Positions 18,856 to 29,463 are shown, counted from the first letter of the stretch. The stretch is 64,000 bases of DNA from Candidatus Latescibacterota bacterium (GCA_965200315.1 OZ241362.1:736001-800000); one strand, 5' to 3'. Notes: generated by a model not told the origin, from the sequence alone. A program made the numbers and translations.

Positions 18856-20028
18856 CTAGTCCCGGGGTTGTAACCATCTTTTTATGCGCCCTAACACTGA
18901 ATCGAAGGGATCTTCGACCAGCCCCTGCACTTCTGTTTGGCTTTTTTGCTCCTGTTGCTCCACTCCGTACAGGAGCAGACCCAGCACCGTAGCATACGAT
19001 GGGCTAACTAGCTCTGCGGCCCACTCAAACCCGCTCGGCTCTCCCAAGCGCACAGGCATGTTAAAGACCCGCTCGGCCAAGGCCAAGACTCCGGTGATTC
19101 GCGCTCCCCCACCCGTGAGGACAATGCCCGCGCCCAACGCAGCATTGGGCAACGCGGTATAGACCTGCTTGCGGGCTAGGGCCAGTATTTCCTCCATCCG
19201 CGCCTCGACGATAAGGGCCACTGTCTCGCTCGGTGCGCCCGCACACTTGGCCTGCTCGGCCTCGGCCCGCGTGGTGCGCAACCCAACGCCGATGTCGTTG
19301 GTCACGTTACACCCGCCCAATCCGACGTTGCCTGAGTGGCGCAACCCTTTGCCAACAAAGACGGCCACATCGGTCGTGCCGCCGCCGATGTCGAGCAGGC
19401 AGACTCCCATCTGCCGCTCGTCCTCACTGAGTACGGCATAGCTCGAAGCAAGCGCACCGAGAACGACACCGCGCACATCGACGCCGGCCTGGAGGATGCT
19501 ATGGCAGATGTTCCGCACGGCGGCAACCGAGCTGGTGACTACGTGTACACTGGCCTCTAAGCGCACTCCATACATACCCACGGGATCGATAATGCCTCGC
19601 TGGCCATTGACGGCAAATTCTTGGGGCAAAACGTGCAGTACCTCGCGGTCGAACGGCACTTTGACCACGCCGGCCGCAGTAAGAACGCGAGTGCGGTCCT
19701 GTGCTCCGATCCATCCGCCTTCGCCCCCGACAGCCACCATGCCTGTGCTGTTAAGGCTGGCGATGTATTCGCCAGAGATGCCAGCGTACACCGAGTCGAT
19801 TTCGACCCCAGCCATCAACTCGGCTTGACGCACGGCCTCGCCAATGGCGCGCATGGTCTTCTCGGCATCCACAATCGCCCCGCGCTGGATCCCCTCTGAG
19901 GGGTGCTGGCCCATGCCAATAATCCGCAGGGACCGCTCGGCGACCTGCTCGGCAATGACGGCGCAGACCTTGGTCGTGCCCAAGTCCAGCCCGGCGATAA
20001 TGGTGGTGTACTCCTCGTTTGAGTTCAT
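18856..20028 (-). CDS. ftsA: cell division protein FtsA
   Basis: LDLGTTKV, DIGGGTTD, LTGGGA; position before ftsZ. Confidence 0.93.
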   Translation of the reverse strand: MNSNEEYTTIIAGLDLGTTKVCAVIAEQVAERSLRIIGMGQHPSEGIQRGAIVDAEKTMRAIGEAVRQAELMAGVEIDSVYAGISGEYIASLNSTGMVAVGGEGGWIGAQDRTRVLTAAGVVKVPFDREVLHVLPQEFAVNGQRGIIDPVGMYGVRLEASVHVVTSSVAAVRNICHSILQAGVDVRGVVLGALASSYAVLSEDERQMGVCLLDIGGGTTDVAVFVGKGLRHSGNVGLGGCNVTNDIGVGLRTTRAEAEQAKCAGAPSETVALIVEARMEEILALARKQVYTALPNAALGAGIVLTGGGARITGVLALAERVFNMPVRLGEPSGFEWAAELVSPSYATVLGLLLYGVEQQEQKSQTEVQGLVEDPFDSVLGRIKRWLQPRD

Positions 20029-20852
20029 CCCGATTTTGCTTTCTTTCTGCCAACTACCATCTGGCCGGCATAGCGCAAGTCAATATAGGCCGGATCGGGA
20101 TGGTTTTGATGGACGCGCGGCATCAACTCGCGAATGGTGCGGAGACGGCGGGCGGCCTCGTTGGCAGGCAAGCGCACTTCGAGTCCGTCGCCGGCCATCT
20201 GCAAGCGAATACCCGCCCCGGACATCGGCTGGATGCCGGCTACGTTGAGGCAAAATTCCGCATCGGCAACCGTGGCTTCCTCCCACCAGCGCAGTATCGC
20301 CAACAGCGCGGAGTCCGCCACTGCCACGCCCGGCTGTAGCGAGTCGCTGCGGACGGACAGCCCGGATATGACGGGCAAATTGCGGGGCTGGGCAACCAGC
20401 CGGTCGCCCGTACTGCCTGCCGGGAGCAGGACGCCATCGGGCGTTATCCCGTAGGTCTGGCCCAAATCGATCCAAGCTACTTGGCGATGCTCGACGATAT
20501 CGACGGCAATCCGGTCGGGCGGTTTGCGTACCACGAGGGCCTGCTTGATCCAATACATGGCCTCTAACCGCTGCGCGACCTCGTCCAAGTCGATGGCGAA
20601 AATGTTGCTACCAACCGCAAGGCCACTGGCGACGCGTACATCCTCCCCACTGAGCCGCCGCAACCCATCCACCTCAATAGCCTTGAGGCCAAAGCGGGAG
20701 GCTTGGCCAAAGTAGGTAGCTGCCTGATAGGCCGCCAAGGTGCTGCCCGTGGCCAAGATCAGGAGGGCAATCCAAGGCCCGCGGGCCTTGGATCGCCCTC
20801 GCTCCCCCACGGTTAGCGGCTTCTGGCGCGCCTTGGTCTTCCGGCGGTTCAC
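20025..20852 (-). CDS. ftsQ: cell division protein FtsQ/DivIB
   Basis: GTG start overlaps murC stop; one TM helix, POTRA region, C-terminal YIDLRY. Confidence 0.85.
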   Translation of the reverse strand: MNRRKTKARQKPLTVGERGRSKARGPWIALLILATGSTLAAYQAATYFGQASRFGLKAIEVDGLRRLSGEDVRVASGLAVGSNIFAIDLDEVAQRLEAMYWIKQALVVRKPPDRIAVDIVEHRQVAWIDLGQTYGITPDGVLLPAGSTGDRLVAQPRNLPVISGLSVRSDSLQPGVAVADSALLAILRWWEEATVADAEFCLNVAGIQPMSGAGIRLQMAGDGLEVRLPANEAARRLRTIRELMPRVHQNHPDPAYIDLRYAGQMVVGRKKAKSG

Positions 20853-22237
20853 GAGCGCTCTCCAGCGGCCAAGGCCGCGATCAACTCCCCAGCCGCCTCG
20901 CCAATGTCGCCGGCCCCCATGACCAGCACCAAGTCGCCCCGACGACAGATATTCACCAAATGAGCCACGAGTTGCTCTCTGTCGGGCAGGTACTCCACGG
21001 CTTTGTACCCGCTGGCGCACAAGGCTTTTGCAATTAACTCGGAGTCCACGCCGGACAGGGGCTCTTCCCGCGCGGCATAGACCGCCGCCAGCACCACGTA
21101 GTCAGCCGCCGCTAGCTCGCGGGCAAAGGCCGCCGCTAAGTCGCGGGTGCGCGAGTACAGGTGGGGTTGAAAGACGGCGATAACTCGGCGCCCGCTCTGC
21201 CGCGCAGCAGCCAAGGCCGCCGCTAATTCAGCCGGATGATGGGCGTAGTCGTCCACGACCAGTATGCCAGCGAACTCCCCCTTGCGCTGAAAGCGTCGCT
21301 CCACCCCGCCAAACTGCTCCAAAGCATCGGCGATCGCTGCGAACTCCACCTGTAGCTCACAAGTCAGCGCGGCCGCTCCAGCGGCATTGCGGACATTGTG
21401 TACGCCGTGGACCTGCAATTCGATCTCGCCGAGCTTTTGTCCGTCGAAACACAGGGCAAACCGGCTGCCCCAAGTCCGCTCTTCGAGGTCGGCGATCCGG
21501 TAGTCGTTGTCGCCGGCCATACCATAGGTTTGATGGGGGCGCTGCAAGTCGGCCATCACCCGCTCCCCGACCAGCCCATCTCCGGCCAGTACGCTGCGGC
21601 CGCAGAAGGGCAGGCGCACGAGAAATTGGCCGAAAGCCCGTTCGAGGGCCTCCAAGCTCCCGTAGTAATCGAGGTGTTCGGCGTCTATACTTGTCACGAG
21701 GGCCAAGCTCGGATACAGGTGCAAGAAGCTGCCAGCAAACTCGTCGGCTTCCACTACAAAGACCTTGCCACTTCCCAGCTTGGCCTGCGGTCGCCCGTTG
21801 ATCCAACCCCCGATTAAGACCTGGGGATCGAGGCCAGCGCGGCGCAAGATCGCCGCGGCCATCGAAGCAGTCGTCGTCTTACCGTGAGTACCAGCTACGG
21901 CGAGGGTCAACGGTGCGCGAGACAGTTCCCCCAGCACCTCGGCCCGGCTCGCCGTGGGAATGCCCTCGTGCGCGGCAGCTTGGCGCTCGGGATTGTCAGC
22001 CGGGACGGCGGCCGAATACACCACTAGATCCGTGCCTTGGACGAGCTGGCCGTCGTGCCCCACCGCGACGGCAAATCCCTCTTGGCGCAACAGCGCGACG
22101 CTGGGCGAGTCGGCCTGATCCGAGCCGCTTACCACGCAGCCTTTGGCAGCGAGCAGCCGGGCCAAGCCCTCCATGCCCGCTCCGCCGATGCCGACGAGGT
22201 GGACGCGGCGATATTGATCAAAGAGGGTCTTCATCAT
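20849..22237 (-). CDS. murC: UDP-N-acetylmuramate-L-alanine ligase
   Basis: GIGGAGM, GTHGKTTT, EADE, DDYAHHP; ATGA overlap with ftsW. Confidence 0.95.
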   Translation of the reverse strand: MMKTLFDQYRRVHLVGIGGAGMEGLARLLAAKGCVVSGSDQADSPSVALLRQEGFAVAVGHDGQLVQGTDLVVYSAAVPADNPERQAAAHEGIPTASRAEVLGELSRAPLTLAVAGTHGKTTTASMAAAILRRAGLDPQVLIGGWINGRPQAKLGSGKVFVVEADEFAGSFLHLYPSLALVTSIDAEHLDYYGSLEALERAFGQFLVRLPFCGRSVLAGDGLVGERVMADLQRPHQTYGMAGDNDYRIADLEERTWGSRFALCFDGQKLGEIELQVHGVHNVRNAAGAAALTCELQVEFAAIADALEQFGGVERRFQRKGEFAGILVVDDYAHHPAELAAALAAARQSGRRVIAVFQPHLYSRTRDLAAAFARELAAADYVVLAAVYAAREEPLSGVDSELIAKALCASGYKAVEYLPDREQLVAHLVNICRRGDLVLVMGAGDIGEAAGELIAALAAGERS

Positions 22238-23349
22238 TGCCAATGCCCCAAACTCTCTTGATGTCCGGGTGCCGTGCGAGCGACCCCCAGCAAGATGCCC
22301 ACCCCAGCCATATTTCCCATCAGCGACGAGCCTCCATAGCTGACAAAGGGCAGCGGCAAGCCGGTGGTGGGTAGTACCCCGATGACTACGCCGATGTTAA
22401 GCAGGGCGTATATCGAGACCATCGTCGTAATGCCAATGGCAACCAAAAAGCCGTACGTATCGCCAGTGCGGGTCCCAATGCGCACTCCGTAAAACGAGAA
22501 CGCCGCGAAAAGTCCCAAGACGACCAAGGTACCCACAAGCCCCATTTCCTCGCCGATGACCGAGAAGACAAAATCCGTGTGCGGTTCGGGCAGGTACTGC
22601 TCTTTTTGCATGCTGTTGCCCAAACCCACCCCAAAAAGGCCGCCATTGCCCATGCCGTAGAGCGACTGCAAAACTTGATAGGAGCCAGCCGGATCGCGCT
22701 CTGGGTCAATAAAGCTGACTAAGCGCCGCATCTGATAACTCGAATGCATCAGGGAAAACCCAATGCCCAACAGCGCGAGCAACCCAGCCCCGACCAAGTG
22801 GTACAAGCGCATTCCGCCGACCCACAGCATGATCAAGGCAATCAGCCCCAGCGCAATAGCCGTCCCCAAGTCGGGCTGCAATACGATGAGCACGAGAGCA
22901 AAGCCGACGACCAACAAACGAGGCACAAACCCGCGACTAAATTCGTGTAGCTCGTCGCGCTTGCGCACCAAGACATCCGCCAAGTAGAGCACCAGCGCCA
23001 GCTTGGCAAACTCAGCCGGCTGAAAGGCCCCGCCCAAGGCCGGAATGCTCAACCAGCGCTGAGCGGCACCGTGGCCCCACGCCAAGACCAGCGAGAGCGA
23101 CAAGAGGGCCAACAACATGAGCGGGCGCGAAAGCCGCGCCCACCAATGCAAAGGTATCCGCGAGAACGCGAGCATGAGCACCAAGCCGATGAAGACGCGG
23201 ATGGCATGCTTTTTGAGGAAGAGACCCGAGTCGCCAAAGCGCACGTTGGCCAAAACGGAGCTAGAGCTATAGACCATGACCAGCCCCAAGCCTACCAGCG
23301 TCAGGCAAATCAGCAACACCAACATGCTGTCGCGCTGCACAGCTATCAT
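22234..23349 (-). CDS. ftsW: SEDS peptidoglycan glycosyltransferase
   Basis: FQPAEFAK, LPEPHTDF, LPFVSYGGSS. Confidence 0.95.
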   Translation of the reverse strand: MIAVQRDSMLVLLICLTLVGLGLVMVYSSSSVLANVRFGDSGLFLKKHAIRVFIGLVLMLAFSRIPLHWWARLSRPLMLLALLSLSLVLAWGHGAAQRWLSIPALGGAFQPAEFAKLALVLYLADVLVRKRDELHEFSRGFVPRLLVVGFALVLIVLQPDLGTAIALGLIALIMLWVGGMRLYHLVGAGLLALLGIGFSLMHSSYQMRRLVSFIDPERDPAGSYQVLQSLYGMGNGGLFGVGLGNSMQKEQYLPEPHTDFVFSVIGEEMGLVGTLVVLGLFAAFSFYGVRIGTRTGDTYGFLVAIGITTMVSIYALLNIGVVIGVLPTTGLPLPFVSYGGSSLMGNMAGVGILLGVARTAPGHQESLGHWQ

Positions 23350-23406
23350 CAGGGAGGAACTCTATGTTGCTAGGGACTGGAAGGGGCTCGGTGGGAGCGA
23401 GCTCAA

Positions 23407-24774
23407 CTACTGTAGAATGCGCTCGACGATTCGGTCAAAGGCCACGGCCCGAGAGGCCTTGACTAAGACTACGTCGCCGTGGCGCAAGTGCGCCGCAGCG
23501 AATTCGCCGAGTTGATCGGGCTGCTCAAAGTGGCGAGCTGCGTTTGGGACCATGCCAGCCGCGCGGGCCGCGGCCACTAAATGCGCACTTTGGCGACCGG
23601 CAGCCAAGACGACATCGGCGCACTCAGCGGCCTTCTCGCCGACTACCGCGTGCAACCGGCTGCTCTCCGCGCCGAGCTCCAGCATGTCGCCGAGCACGGC
23701 GATTTTCCGCGCACCGGGCACAGCGACGAGAAGGTCGAGTGCGGCCGACATCGAGTTAGGACTGGCATTGTAGCAATCGTCGATTACGGCGATCCCATTT
23801 TTGCGCACGATCTCGCCGCGCTGGCTCACCGCCTCGAACTCGGCGAGGGCACGCTGGATCCCTTCCCAAGGCACACCGAGGAGGCGACCGACCGCGGCGG
23901 CGGCCAAGGCGTTGTAGGCGTTGTGCCGCCCCGGGATATTGAGATCAATGGGAACGTGCTGTAGAAGGAAGTGGCCGCAGCCCTTCTGGTCGAGTACGAG
24001 CCTCTCCCCACGAAACTCGCTCTCACGCACAAAACCGAAGGTCAGGAGTCTCCCCTTTGTCCTCTTTACCTCCTGAGCCACGACACGGTCATCGGCGTTG
24101 ACGAGAGCCGTTAAAGACTCGTCCATATAATCCAGAAGCTCCCCTTTGGCCTTGGCCACTCCTTCTACAGATCCGAAAAATTCTAGGTGTGCAGTCCCGA
24201 TGTTGAGCAAAACCCCAATGGTAGGTTCGGCAACCGAGCACAGGTAGCGAATGTCGCCTATTCGCCGCGCTGCCAGTTCCAATACCACGGCTTCATGGCT
24301 CGGCGACAGTTGTAGCAAAGTGCGAGGCACCCCGATCTCGTTGTTCTCACTGCCGATAGTTTTCAAAACGCAATACCGCTGCCCCAAGACAGCGGCAATC
24401 ATTTCCTTGGTCGTCGTCTTGCCGGCACTGCCGACGACGGCCACCACTGGAACCTCCCAGCGCCGCCGATACGCCCGCGCTATATCGCCTAGGGCGCGCA
24501 GGGTCGAGTCAACGGCCAGGAGCGGGCCGGAGGCCGCCTGATCCAACCCGGGCCAGCCCCGTTCCACTAAGGCCGCACACGCGCCGCGGGCAAAGGCGGC
24601 CTCGACGAAGTCGTGTCCGTCGAAGTTCTCACCTCGCAACGCCACGAACAGCTCGCCCTCGTCAATGGACCGACTGTCGGTTGCTACCGTTTGCGGGGCG
24701 CAATCCGGCTGGAGGTTCCCGACCGGGTCGGCAGCCGTCCACTGCATCATCTCGCTCAGGGTCACGGTGCGCAT
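23407..24774 (-). CDS. murF: UDP-MurNAc-tripeptide D-Ala-D-Ala ligase
   Basis: GSAGKTTTKE, DCYNASP, LGDMLELG, VKASR. Confidence 0.95.
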   Translation of the reverse strand: MRTVTLSEMMQWTAADPVGNLQPDCAPQTVATDSRSIDEGELFVALRGENFDGHDFVEAAFARGACAALVERGWPGLDQAASGPLLAVDSTLRALGDIARAYRRRWEVPVVAVVGSAGKTTTKEMIAAVLGQRYCVLKTIGSENNEIGVPRTLLQLSPSHEAVVLELAARRIGDIRYLCSVAEPTIGVLLNIGTAHLEFFGSVEGVAKAKGELLDYMDESLTALVNADDRVVAQEVKRTKGRLLTFGFVRESEFRGERLVLDQKGCGHFLLQHVPIDLNIPGRHNAYNALAAAAVGRLLGVPWEGIQRALAEFEAVSQRGEIVRKNGIAVIDDCYNASPNSMSAALDLLVAVPGARKIAVLGDMLELGAESSRLHAVVGEKAAECADVVLAAGRQSAHLVAAARAAGMVPNAARHFEQPDQLGEFAAAHLRHGDVVLVKASRAVAFDRIVERILQ

Positions 24775-26246
24775 AGCGGCTGTCCTTCCCTAGCGAGCAA
24801 ACCCCGCAACACGCGCCGGGCAACTTCTCGGTCGTCAAAAGCCACGACGCGGTCGGCTAGTTCCTGCTCCTGTTCGTGCCCCTTACCGGCAATAACTACG
24901 ACATCCCCGCTGTGCGCAGCAGCCAGAGCCGTAGCAATCGCTTGTGCGCGGTCAACTTCGCGGTCAACCGCGCTGCTGTCGGGCACGCCAGCAGCCATAT
25001 CGTCGATGATCCGTTGCGGCTCCTCGCTGCGCGGATTGTCTGAAGTCAAGACTGTCCAATCGGCCAACTCGCCAGCGACGCGGCCCATCAGCACCCGCTT
25101 GCCGCGATCTCGATCTCCGCCACAACCGCAGACGCAGATCAAGCGGCCGCTGCCCAAGTCGCGGGCGGCGTACAAAACCCTTTCTAGCGCATCCGGGGTG
25201 TGGGCGTAATCCACGATGACCGCGAAATCCTGCCCTTCGGCGATTGGCTCGCAGCGGCCCGGGACGCTCTCTAAGGCAGCCAATCCGCGGCATAGAGCTA
25301 CGGCATCCAAATCCAAGGCCAATCCGACAGCCACGACGGCCATAGCATTGTAGTAGTTGAAACGACCGATCAAATGCGTCTGCACCTCAATGGAGCCGGC
25401 TGGGGTGTCCAAGCACAGGTGCGTCCCCTCCGGACCAGCATCTGCACGTTGCAACCGCACCTCGGCCGCTGGGCCACAGCCATACGTCACAACGCGCGCC
25501 TCGGTTCTGTGGGCCAATTCGTCGGCGCGAGCATCGTCGGCGTTAATCACCGCAACCGCGCCTTCTTGCAGACATTCAAAAAGCCGGGCCTTAGCCGCAA
25601 AGTACGCCTCCCAAGTCCCGTGAAAATCCAAGTGATCGCGCGTCAAATTGGTAAAGACCGCCGCCCGGAAGGGAATGCCCTCCACCCTCTTCAATGCCAG
25701 TCCATGAGAAGACACCTCTAGCACGGCCGCTTGCTTGCCGGCATTGACGAGCCGACGCAGTAAGCCGTGTAACTGGACGGCCTCGGGCGTGGTATTGTCC
25801 ATCTTCTCCAATTCGCCATCGCACCAAAACCCCAAGGTCCCCAAGTACCCACACGGCCAGCCGGCCGCTTCGAGGGCACTCCTGAGCAGGAAGGCCGTGG
25901 TGGTCTTGCCATTGGTGCCAGTGACGCCAACGTTGAGCAGCTCCTGTCCGGGAAAGGCGTAAAAGCGCGCCGCCATGCGGGCCAACGCGGTCCGGCAGTC
26001 CGCCACCTGCACCCGCGTTACTCCAGGGCAATCGATCCGCTCCTCCACCATCACGGCGCGGGCACCGCGGGCGATGGCATGGCCGACGAAGCGATGCCGG
26101 TCCTGCTCCGGCCCTCCGCGCAGGGCCACGAAAAAATCGCCTTCCTCCACGCAGCGCGAATCGCAGCGGAGCTGCCCCAAATCAATATCTGGGTCGCCCT
26201 CTATGCGGGCGTCGGGTAGCTCTTCGAGCAGGTATTTCAATTCCAT
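24762..26246 (-). CDS. murE: UDP-MurNAc-dipeptide meso-DAP ligase
   Basis: GTNGKTT, DYAHTPD, DNPR (DAP-type), AGKGHE. Confidence 0.95.
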   Translation of the reverse strand: MELKYLLEELPDARIEGDPDIDLGQLRCDSRCVEEGDFFVALRGGPEQDRHRFVGHAIARGARAVMVEERIDCPGVTRVQVADCRTALARMAARFYAFPGQELLNVGVTGTNGKTTTAFLLRSALEAAGWPCGYLGTLGFWCDGELEKMDNTTPEAVQLHGLLRRLVNAGKQAAVLEVSSHGLALKRVEGIPFRAAVFTNLTRDHLDFHGTWEAYFAAKARLFECLQEGAVAVINADDARADELAHRTEARVVTYGCGPAAEVRLQRADAGPEGTHLCLDTPAGSIEVQTHLIGRFNYYNAMAVVAVGLALDLDAVALCRGLAALESVPGRCEPIAEGQDFAVIVDYAHTPDALERVLYAARDLGSGRLICVCGCGGDRDRGKRVLMGRVAGELADWTVLTSDNPRSEEPQRIIDDMAAGVPDSSAVDREVDRAQAIATALAAAHSGDVVVIAGKGHEQEQELADRVVAFDDREVARRVLRGLLAREGQPLCAP

Positions 26247-26250
26247 ATCG

Positions 26251-28215
26251 CTAAATACCTCTCGAACTTTGGGCTAGAATGTTTCCGACGAGGCGAGCCT
26301 GCCGCATTTCCCACGGTCTGTGGGCAACTTCTGCGCCCAGCGTACAGTTGATCTGCTCTACGCGTCCGCCCCGGCCCGGCAAGGGCGACTGATTGACAAC
26401 CACGGGCCCCACGCCGAAGAAGGCCACCGGTAATCCCCTCATCTGCGCCTCGAAACGAGCCACGTCCGGGATCATACCGCGCAGGTCGGGTACGGCCGGC
26501 CCCTCTTTTTGCGGATGCTTGGCCGCTGGCTCGACCAATAGGCCGCCGGGCATGCTGATGATCCGCTTCATCACCCGGCGGAAGGCCGGGGCTGCCACAG
26601 ATCCTCCCCAGCCGTTCACGCGGGGATTTTCGACCATGACCACGCACACGTACTGGGGCTCATCCGCCGGCAGGAAGCCCACGAACGAGGCAACGCTGGC
26701 GTTGGGATCGTAGCCGCTGCCATCGGCTAAGGCGCGCTGAGCCGTGCCCGTTTTGCCGGCTATAGCCACGCCCTCGATGCGGGCCTTTTGCCCGGTGCCC
26801 CTTTCCACGACTCCAGTCAGCACCTCGCTCAGGGTCGCTGCCGTCTTCCGGCTCACGACCCGGCGGATCGGTTGGGGGCCGCCGCGACTGTCGAGCCGAC
26901 CGTCCGAATCAATCGTCCCGGCGACGATCCGCGGTGTCATCAACACGCCACCGTTGGCAATGGCTCCGTATGCCATGGCGAGTTGTAGGGCCGTCACGCC
27001 GATTTCCTGCCCGATGGCAATAGTCTCCTGCGACCGCTTAGACCACTGATCAACCTCCTGCAATAAACCAGGCGTTTCCGCTGGCAAGTCAATGCCCGTG
27101 CGAATCGCGAAGCCAAAGTTGCGGATGTGTTCGTAAAAGCGATGCCGCGCCAGTCGCTGCGCCAGCTTAATCGTGCCGATGTTGCTCGATTTTTCCAAGA
27201 CCTGAGCAAAGAACAAATCGCCGTAGGGCTGGATATCGCGGATCGTGTCTCCATTGGATAACCTGAACGTCCCGTGCGCACAAAAGATGCGATCGTGCCG
27301 GCTGGCTAGCCCGTCTTCAAGGACGGCGGCAGCCGCGATGGCTTTGAAGGTCGAACCGGGTTCGTACACGTCGGTTATCGCGCGATTGCGCCTGAGTTCC
27401 GGCGATGAGCGGGACGCCTTATTGGGATCGAAAAGCGGCAGGTTGGCCATGGCCAGTACCTCACCACTGAGCGGGGCAATAATGACGCCCAATGCACCTT
27501 GAGCCTTTGAACCGTCGATGGCCCGTTGCAACTCTTCCTCCAGAATGCTCTGATAGCCCGCATCGATGGTCAGCATCAGGTCGCGGCCATGCTCCGGCTC
27601 TTCGCGTCGATGCTGCCGTCCGGGTACTTGCTTGCCGTGCGCATCGACGAATCCCACTATCGAGCCGTCCTTTTCGCGCAAAATATCGTCGAAGGCCCGC
27701 TCAATTCCCTCGCGGCCGCTGTTGTCGATGTTGGTGTGCCCGATGAGTTGGCCGGCCAACGGCCCCAAGGGATACTGGCGACGAGTTTCTGGGTGTTGGA
27801 ACACACCGGCGAATGCGCCTGCCCCCACATCCGCGCCAACCACCTGACGCGCCAGATAGATAAATTGCTTGTCCGTACGCAATTGGCGCTCAATGACCTC
27901 GGCCCGTTTAGTGCTCAGGGAGGCGAAGTGGGCGGCTACGCGCTTGGGATCGTCAACCTGATCGGGATAGGCGTAAAACGACGTGGCTTGGATATCTACG
28001 GCCAAATTGTTGCCGCGCCGATCGACAACTCGACCCCGGCTCGCTTTCAGCGTACGGCGCTCAAGATACTGCACATGGGCCTCTGCGCTGTACGCCTCGT
28101 GCCTGAAAACCTGGATTTGGACGAGCCGTGCAGACAGACCCAACCACGCCACCGCACCCAAAACCACGATCCAGCGCAGCCGACTCATGCCCGCATGTTG
28201 TACCCGTGGCCCCAT
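26251..28215 (-). CDS. ftsI: penicillin-binding protein FtsI/PBP3, probable C-terminal PASTA
   Basis: STFK, SSN, KTG motifs; start 28215 overlaps ftsL stop (start uncertain). Confidence 0.93.
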   Translation of the reverse strand: MGPRVQHAGMSRLRWIVVLGAVAWLGLSARLVQIQVFRHEAYSAEAHVQYLERRTLKASRGRVVDRRGNNLAVDIQATSFYAYPDQVDDPKRVAAHFASLSTKRAEVIERQLRTDKQFIYLARQVVGADVGAGAFAGVFQHPETRRQYPLGPLAGQLIGHTNIDNSGREGIERAFDDILREKDGSIVGFVDAHGKQVPGRQHRREEPEHGRDLMLTIDAGYQSILEEELQRAIDGSKAQGALGVIIAPLSGEVLAMANLPLFDPNKASRSSPELRRNRAITDVYEPGSTFKAIAAAAVLEDGLASRHDRIFCAHGTFRLSNGDTIRDIQPYGDLFFAQVLEKSSNIGTIKLAQRLARHRFYEHIRNFGFAIRTGIDLPAETPGLLQEVDQWSKRSQETIAIGQEIGVTALQLAMAYGAIANGGVLMTPRIVAGTIDSDGRLDSRGGPQPIRRVVSRKTAATLSEVLTGVVERGTGQKARIEGVAIAGKTGTAQRALADGSGYDPNASVASFVGFLPADEPQYVCVVMVENPRVNGWGGSVAAPAFRRVMKRIISMPGGLLVEPAAKHPQKEGPAVPDLRGMIPDVARFEAQMRGLPVAFFGVGPVVVNQSPLPGRGGRVEQINCTLGAEVAHRPWEMRQARLVGNILAQSSRGI

Positions 28216-28514
28216 CAATCTCCTTCCCAATGAGCCAACGCACCATTGATGCCATCTATAGTTTGCGAGGGATAGACCATGCCGAGTTGGCCAAAGGCCA
28301 CTTTCTCGACGAAGCCGGAGTTTTTCCGCCCTGAGATAGCCGCCAATAGCTGGGTGCGCGCACTGCCGAGTTCGGCTACTTGAGCCTCAGCCGTGCTTAT
28401 GCTGCCGACCACCCGGGCCATTTCGACCTTTTGCCAGACGTGGAAGAGGGCCGCCCCGGCCATCATCCCTATGAGGAGTACGCACTTCGCACAGGAAATT
28501 CCGCCTTTGCTCAT
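28215..28514 (-). CDS. ftsL: cell division protein FtsL
   Basis: 99 aa, TM plus coiled coil, QLGM motif, between rsmH and ftsI. Confidence 0.75.
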   Translation of the reverse strand: MSKGGISCAKCVLLIGMMAGAALFHVWQKVEMARVVGSISTAEAQVAELGSARTQLLAAISGRKNSGFVEKVAFGQLGMVYPSQTIDGINGALAHWEGD

Positions 28515-28515
28515 A

Positions 28516-29442
28516 TTAGCCTGCCTCGATTTTTTCGTAAACTCTCAAAATGGCGCTGCGCGCTCGAGTATTTTGTTTGACCTCGGCCTCGCTCGCCCGC
28601 TGCAATTTGTAACCTACTCGCTTGAACGACGGTTTCCTCCCGCAGGTGCAAATGGGTACGCGCGGCGGACAAATGCAGCCGCGCACTAGGGCTGCGAAAC
28701 GCTGCTTGACCAACCGATCCTCCAAGGAGTGATAGGCCAAGACAACCAAGCGACCACCGGGTTTCAGTCCGACCTCGGCAGCCGTCAACCCCGCCTGCAA
28801 CTGCCCCAACTCGTCGTTGACGGCAATGCGCAGCGCTTGGAACACGCGCGCCAGCGTCTTGTTGAGCATCCGGGGCCGCGTGGCCGCTACGGCCTGCCGC
28901 AAAGCCTGCGTAGTGGTCAAAGGCGCGAGCCGCTGCTGCCGGCAGATCGAGCGCGCGATGCGCCGTGCCGCGTGCTCTTCCCCATAGCGCGCAATCAACT
29001 CGGCCAGTTCGCTCTCGCTGCACACTGCGATCAATTCGGCGGCCGTTGGGCCAGCTTCTGCATCCATTCGCATGTCGAGCGGACCGTCGGCCTGATAGCT
29101 GAATCCCCGGGGCGGCGCATCGATCTGATGTGAGGAAACCCCTAAGTCGAACAGGACTCCGCTTAACGGACCGATCCCTTCCTGTGCCAGCAACTCGCTC
29201 ACTTCGGCAAAGCGGCCTTGCCGCACGACGGCTCGCGTATCTGCTGCCAACCTCACTCGCGCTGCCGCTACGGCTTCCCGATCCCGATCTATTGCTAGCA
29301 GCCGCGCCTTGGGGCTGAGGGCCTGAAGCAATGCCCAACTGTGGCCGCCTCCACCGGCCGTCGCATCCACGTACGTTCCGTCTGGATCGGCTACCAGCCC
29401 GGCGACTACTTCCTCGACCATGACCGGAATGTGGTATTCCAT
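28516..29442 (-). CDS. rsmH: 16S rRNA m4C1402 methyltransferase
   Basis: HIPVM, DLGVSSHQ, PLDMRM, FQALRIAVN. Confidence 0.97.
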   Translation of the reverse strand: MEYHIPVMVEEVVAGLVADPDGTYVDATAGGGGHSWALLQALSPKARLLAIDRDREAVAAARVRLAADTRAVVRQGRFAEVSELLAQEGIGPLSGVLFDLGVSSHQIDAPPRGFSYQADGPLDMRMDAEAGPTAAELIAVCSESELAELIARYGEEHAARRIARSICRQQRLAPLTTTQALRQAVAATRPRMLNKTLARVFQALRIAVNDELGQLQAGLTAAEVGLKPGGRLVVLAYHSLEDRLVKQRFAALVRGCICPPRVPICTCGRKPSFKRVGYKLQRASEAEVKQNTRARSAILRVYEKIEAG

Positions 29443-29463
29443 GTTGTGGGTTCATAAGTCCGC

